Shown here in pieces: positions 61,903 through 64,000 of a stretch of DNA of 64,000 nt. Origin of the DNA: Oscillospiraceae bacterium (GTDB taxonomy: Bacteria; Bacillota; Clostridia; Oscillospirales; Ruminococcaceae); NCBI GenBank assembly GCA_017847885.1, contig JAGAUA010000011.1, positions 16,770-80,769 of the forward strand, given 5' to 3'. A model generated the notes under the pieces. It had not been told where the DNA came from and made no database searches. It saw nothing but the letters and a program-made list of their open reading frames with translations. The translations under genes and the position numbers were made by a program. Each line of letters begins with the position of its first letter. Position 1 is the first letter of the stretch.

Positions 61903-64000
61903 ATGCTGCCGATAAAGCTTAAAATGCAGGCGTTTGCATCGTATGCAGAGGCTGCCGAAATAGATTTTGAAAAGCTGGACAGCCTGTTTCTTATCCACGG
62001 CGAAACGGGCGCAGGAAAAACCGCTGTTCTTGACGGCATGATGTACGCCCTCTACGGTGAGTCCAGCGGCGGCGAGCGTACCGAAATGCGCTGCGCCCTG
62101 CCCTCGGCGGAAAAGCTCCCCACCGAGGTTGAATTTACCTTTAAGATACGGGGCACGGTGTACAAATTCACCCGCTCTATAATCATTACCCCACGAAGCA
62201 AAAAGCTTGAACAGCGGCAGGACTGCTTCTATCTTGACGCCGAGTCGGGGCAGTTCCGCGCATTTTTCGAAAACCCGAAGCAGGCGACGGTCAGGCAGAA
62301 AGCCGAGGAGCTGACGGGGCTCACCGCCGAGCAGTTCAGGCAGGTCATAATACTGCCCCAAGGACGGTTTGAGCGGCTTCTTACATCGGAAAGCGCGGAC
62401 AAGGAAAAGATACTTTCCACCCTTTTCTGCGCGGAAAAGTACACCGCCCTTTCCGACAGGCTTACGGAAAAGGCGGCGGAGGAACGCAGGCTGCTTTCCG
62501 AGGAGGATACGGCGCTGAAAACCATTCTTGCAGGAGAAAACGCCGAGTCCCCCCAGCAGCTTGAAGAGGAAATAAAGCTGCTTTCCGAGGAGAAGAAGGG
62601 CATTGCGCCCATGCTTGAAAATGCGAAAAAGGCTCTTGCGGAGGCGCGGAGCAAGGTCACCGCGGCAGAGCTTCTCGGGGCGAAATTTTCCGCGCTCGGC
62701 ACGGCAAGGTCGCGTCTTGAACGACTTGACGCGCAGAAAGACAGGTACGAGCTGATGAAGGAGCTTCTTTCGGCGCACGGTAATGCAAACCGCGCAAACG
62801 CCGAATATGCCGCACTTTCCGCCGCGAAGGAGGAGCGGGATAGCCGCGGCGAACAGCTTTTGGCAGCAAAGCAAAAGCTTGCCGACACGGAAAAGGAATA
62901 CACCGCCGCGCAGCGTAAAAACGAGGAAATTGCCGCGTCCGAGCTTGATTTTCAGGCAAAATCAAAACGTCTCGCGGTCTTGAGCGAGCTTTCGGGGGTA
63001 TACGAAAAGGCTGCCGCTCTTGAGGAACAAACCGCGAAGCTTGCCGCGGAGTATGCCGAAGCGCAGGGCGAGCGGAAAAAGCTTGCGGCGGAGCTTGAGT
63101 CGGCAGATACCGCAATAGCCGAAACAGTCGCAGAGCGCGAGCGTATAACACGGGATTTTTCACGCCGCCTGCCCGAGCTTTCCGCAAGAAAATCCGCCCT
63201 TGAACAGGGTGCAGAAGCGGCGGCGCGGCTTGAAAAATACACCGCCGCGCTAAAGGGTATACACCGCGACATTGGGGCAATTTCCGCTGAAACGGCTGCA
63301 CTTGAGCAGAAAAAAGCCGCCCTTGAAGCGGAGTACGACAGGCTTTACGGCGGCTATATCGCAAGCGCCGCGGCGGAGCTTTCCTCGTCCCTTAAAGAGG
63401 GGCAGCCCTGCCCCGTGTGCGGAAGCCTCTCCCACCCTGCCCCTGCCTGCGCATCGGGAACGGGCATTACCGCAGAGGACGTAAAAACCGCACGAAGCCT
63501 GTTCGAAAACGCCGCGGCGGAGTATTCGGAAAAGCAGACCGAGCTTGCAAAGCAGCAGGCGCTTATACCTGCGGCGGAGGACTGTATTGCCCAGCAAAAG
63601 CGTATAACCGAGGAATGTGGCTATACCGCCGAAAAACTGAAACACGCGGTCTCGGAGTACGCAGAAGCTGAAAAGCAGCACGGTCTCCTGCCCCGTCTTG
63701 ACCGTCTTTACGGGGAATACACGGCGAAAAAGCAGTCCCTTGAAGGCCGCATAAAAGCCGCCGACAGCCGAATTTCGGAGCTTGAAGCGGTGAAAAGCCG
63801 TGCAGAAGCGGAGCTTGAAGCCCATCGCGCCCGTATCGACAAGGAGTTTCCCGACGCGAAATCATACGCCGCAGGAACGGCGCGGCTCAGAAGCGAGATA
63901 GACGATTTTTCCCGAAAAAAGGCGCTTACCGAGCAGGCTTACAGGTCTGCGGAAGCGCGCAGGATAGAGGCGCTTTCCCTTGCAAATCAAGCGCAGGAGG
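61903..64000 (+). CDS. sbcC: Exonuclease SbcCD, ATPase subunit C (Rad50/SMC-like), 3' end off the window
   Basis: This frame is not in the ORF track because it has no stop in the window. It reads MLPIKLKMQAFASYAEAAEIDFEKLDSLFLIHGETGAGKTAVLDG, then a long coiled coil and a CPVCGS zinc hook near 63411. RBS GAAAGGAG. Confidence 0.88.
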   Translation, partial: MLPIKLKMQAFASYAEAAEIDFEKLDSLFLIHGETGAGKTAVLDGMMYALYGESSGGERTEMRCALPSAEKLPTEVEFTFKIRGTVYKFTRSIIITPRSKKLEQRQDCFYLDAESGQFRAFFENPKQATVRQKAEELTGLTAEQFRQVIILPQGRFERLLTSESADKEKILSTLFCAEKYTALSDRLTEKAAEERRLLSEEDTALKTILAGENAESPQQLEEEIKLLSEEKKGIAPMLENAKKALAEARSKVTAAELLGAKFSALGTARSRLERLDAQKDRYELMKELLSAHGNANRANAEYAALSAAKEERDSRGEQLLAAKQKLADTEKEYTAAQRKNEEIAASELDFQAKSKRLAVLSELSGVYEKAAALEEQTAKLAAEYAEAQGERKKLAAELESADTAIAETVAERERITRDFSRRLPELSARKSALEQGAEAAARLEKYTAALKGIHRDIGAISAETAALEQKKAALEAEYDRLYGGYIASAAAELSSSLKEGQPCPVCGSLSHPAPACASGTGITAEDVKTARSLFENAAAEYSEKQTELAKQQALIPAAEDCIAQQKRITEECGYTAEKLKHAVSEYAEAEKQHGLLPRLDRLYGEYTAKKQSLEGRIKAADSRISELEAVKSRAEAELEAHRARIDKEFPDAKSYAAGTARLRSEIDDFSRKKALTEQAYRSAEARRIEALSLANQAQE

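Noticed and set aside
61879-63825. Several long minus-strand ORFs (331, 235, 224 and 191 aa) at the right end
   Set aside because: All are antisense to the unlisted plus-strand sbcC frame, which has Walker A, a coiled coil and a CxxC hook. Their Arg/Ala/Leu/Lys-rich low-complexity composition is typical of the antisense of a coiled-coil gene.

Overview
This window looks like chromosome from a flagellated, probably spore-forming Firmicute. A Clostridia-like origin is inferred only from a T-box pheST leader, SigD-type promoter, CotH and dcw gene order.

Positions 1-35 kb are mostly core genes:
- A CotH-like protein (5' end off the window), an OmpR/HK two-component pair and a small EamA transporter.
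- pheST behind a Phe T-box.
- A membrane protein plus a degenerate AcpS-like protein.
- An orphan MacB-type ABC ATPase and a heterodimeric ABC exporter pair.
- maf, an FNT channel and an AT-rich islet with a BFD-like [2Fe-2S] mini-gene.
- recG, then a minus-strand dcw cluster: mraZ-rsmH-ftsL-PBP-murE/murF fusion-mraY-ftsW-murG-[structured spacer]-murA-ftsQ-ftsZ.
- An HD-domain protein, then mgtE behind a ~365-nt leader.

Positions 35-51 kb form a glycan island with no wzx/wzy-type genes:
- CDP-3,6-dideoxyhexose genes rfbF, rfbG and rfbH.
- A YerE-like ThDP enzyme and a small SDR reductase.
- Two tandem FkbM methyltransferases and an acetyltransferase.
- NeuB/NeuC-like genes, a multidomain GT2 and a GT2-TPR protein.
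It abuts two divergent flagellin paralogs (51.1-55.2 kb), so I read it as a flagellin glycosylation island.

The rest is a large lipoprotein, then sbcD and sbcC (3' end off the window) split by an MCP and a LysR regulator, plus a GC-rich REP-like repeat family.

Most interesting observations:
1. The 397-bp spacer between the flagellins holds one exact SigD promoter. It lies inside a segment bounded by 25-bp inverted repeats with internal dyad symmetry. This could be an invertible or convergent-promoter flagellin switch.
2. A ~137-nt leader occurs twice as direct repeats bracketing a 6.2-kb sugar-modification cassette.
3. The island's gene set predicts a branched 3,6-dideoxyhexose, but its reductase and any CMP-activating enzyme are missing.
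4. A ~165-nt palindrome plus tandem 28-mers sits inside the dcw cluster.

All calls rest on reading the translations and sequence by eye. No searches were run.
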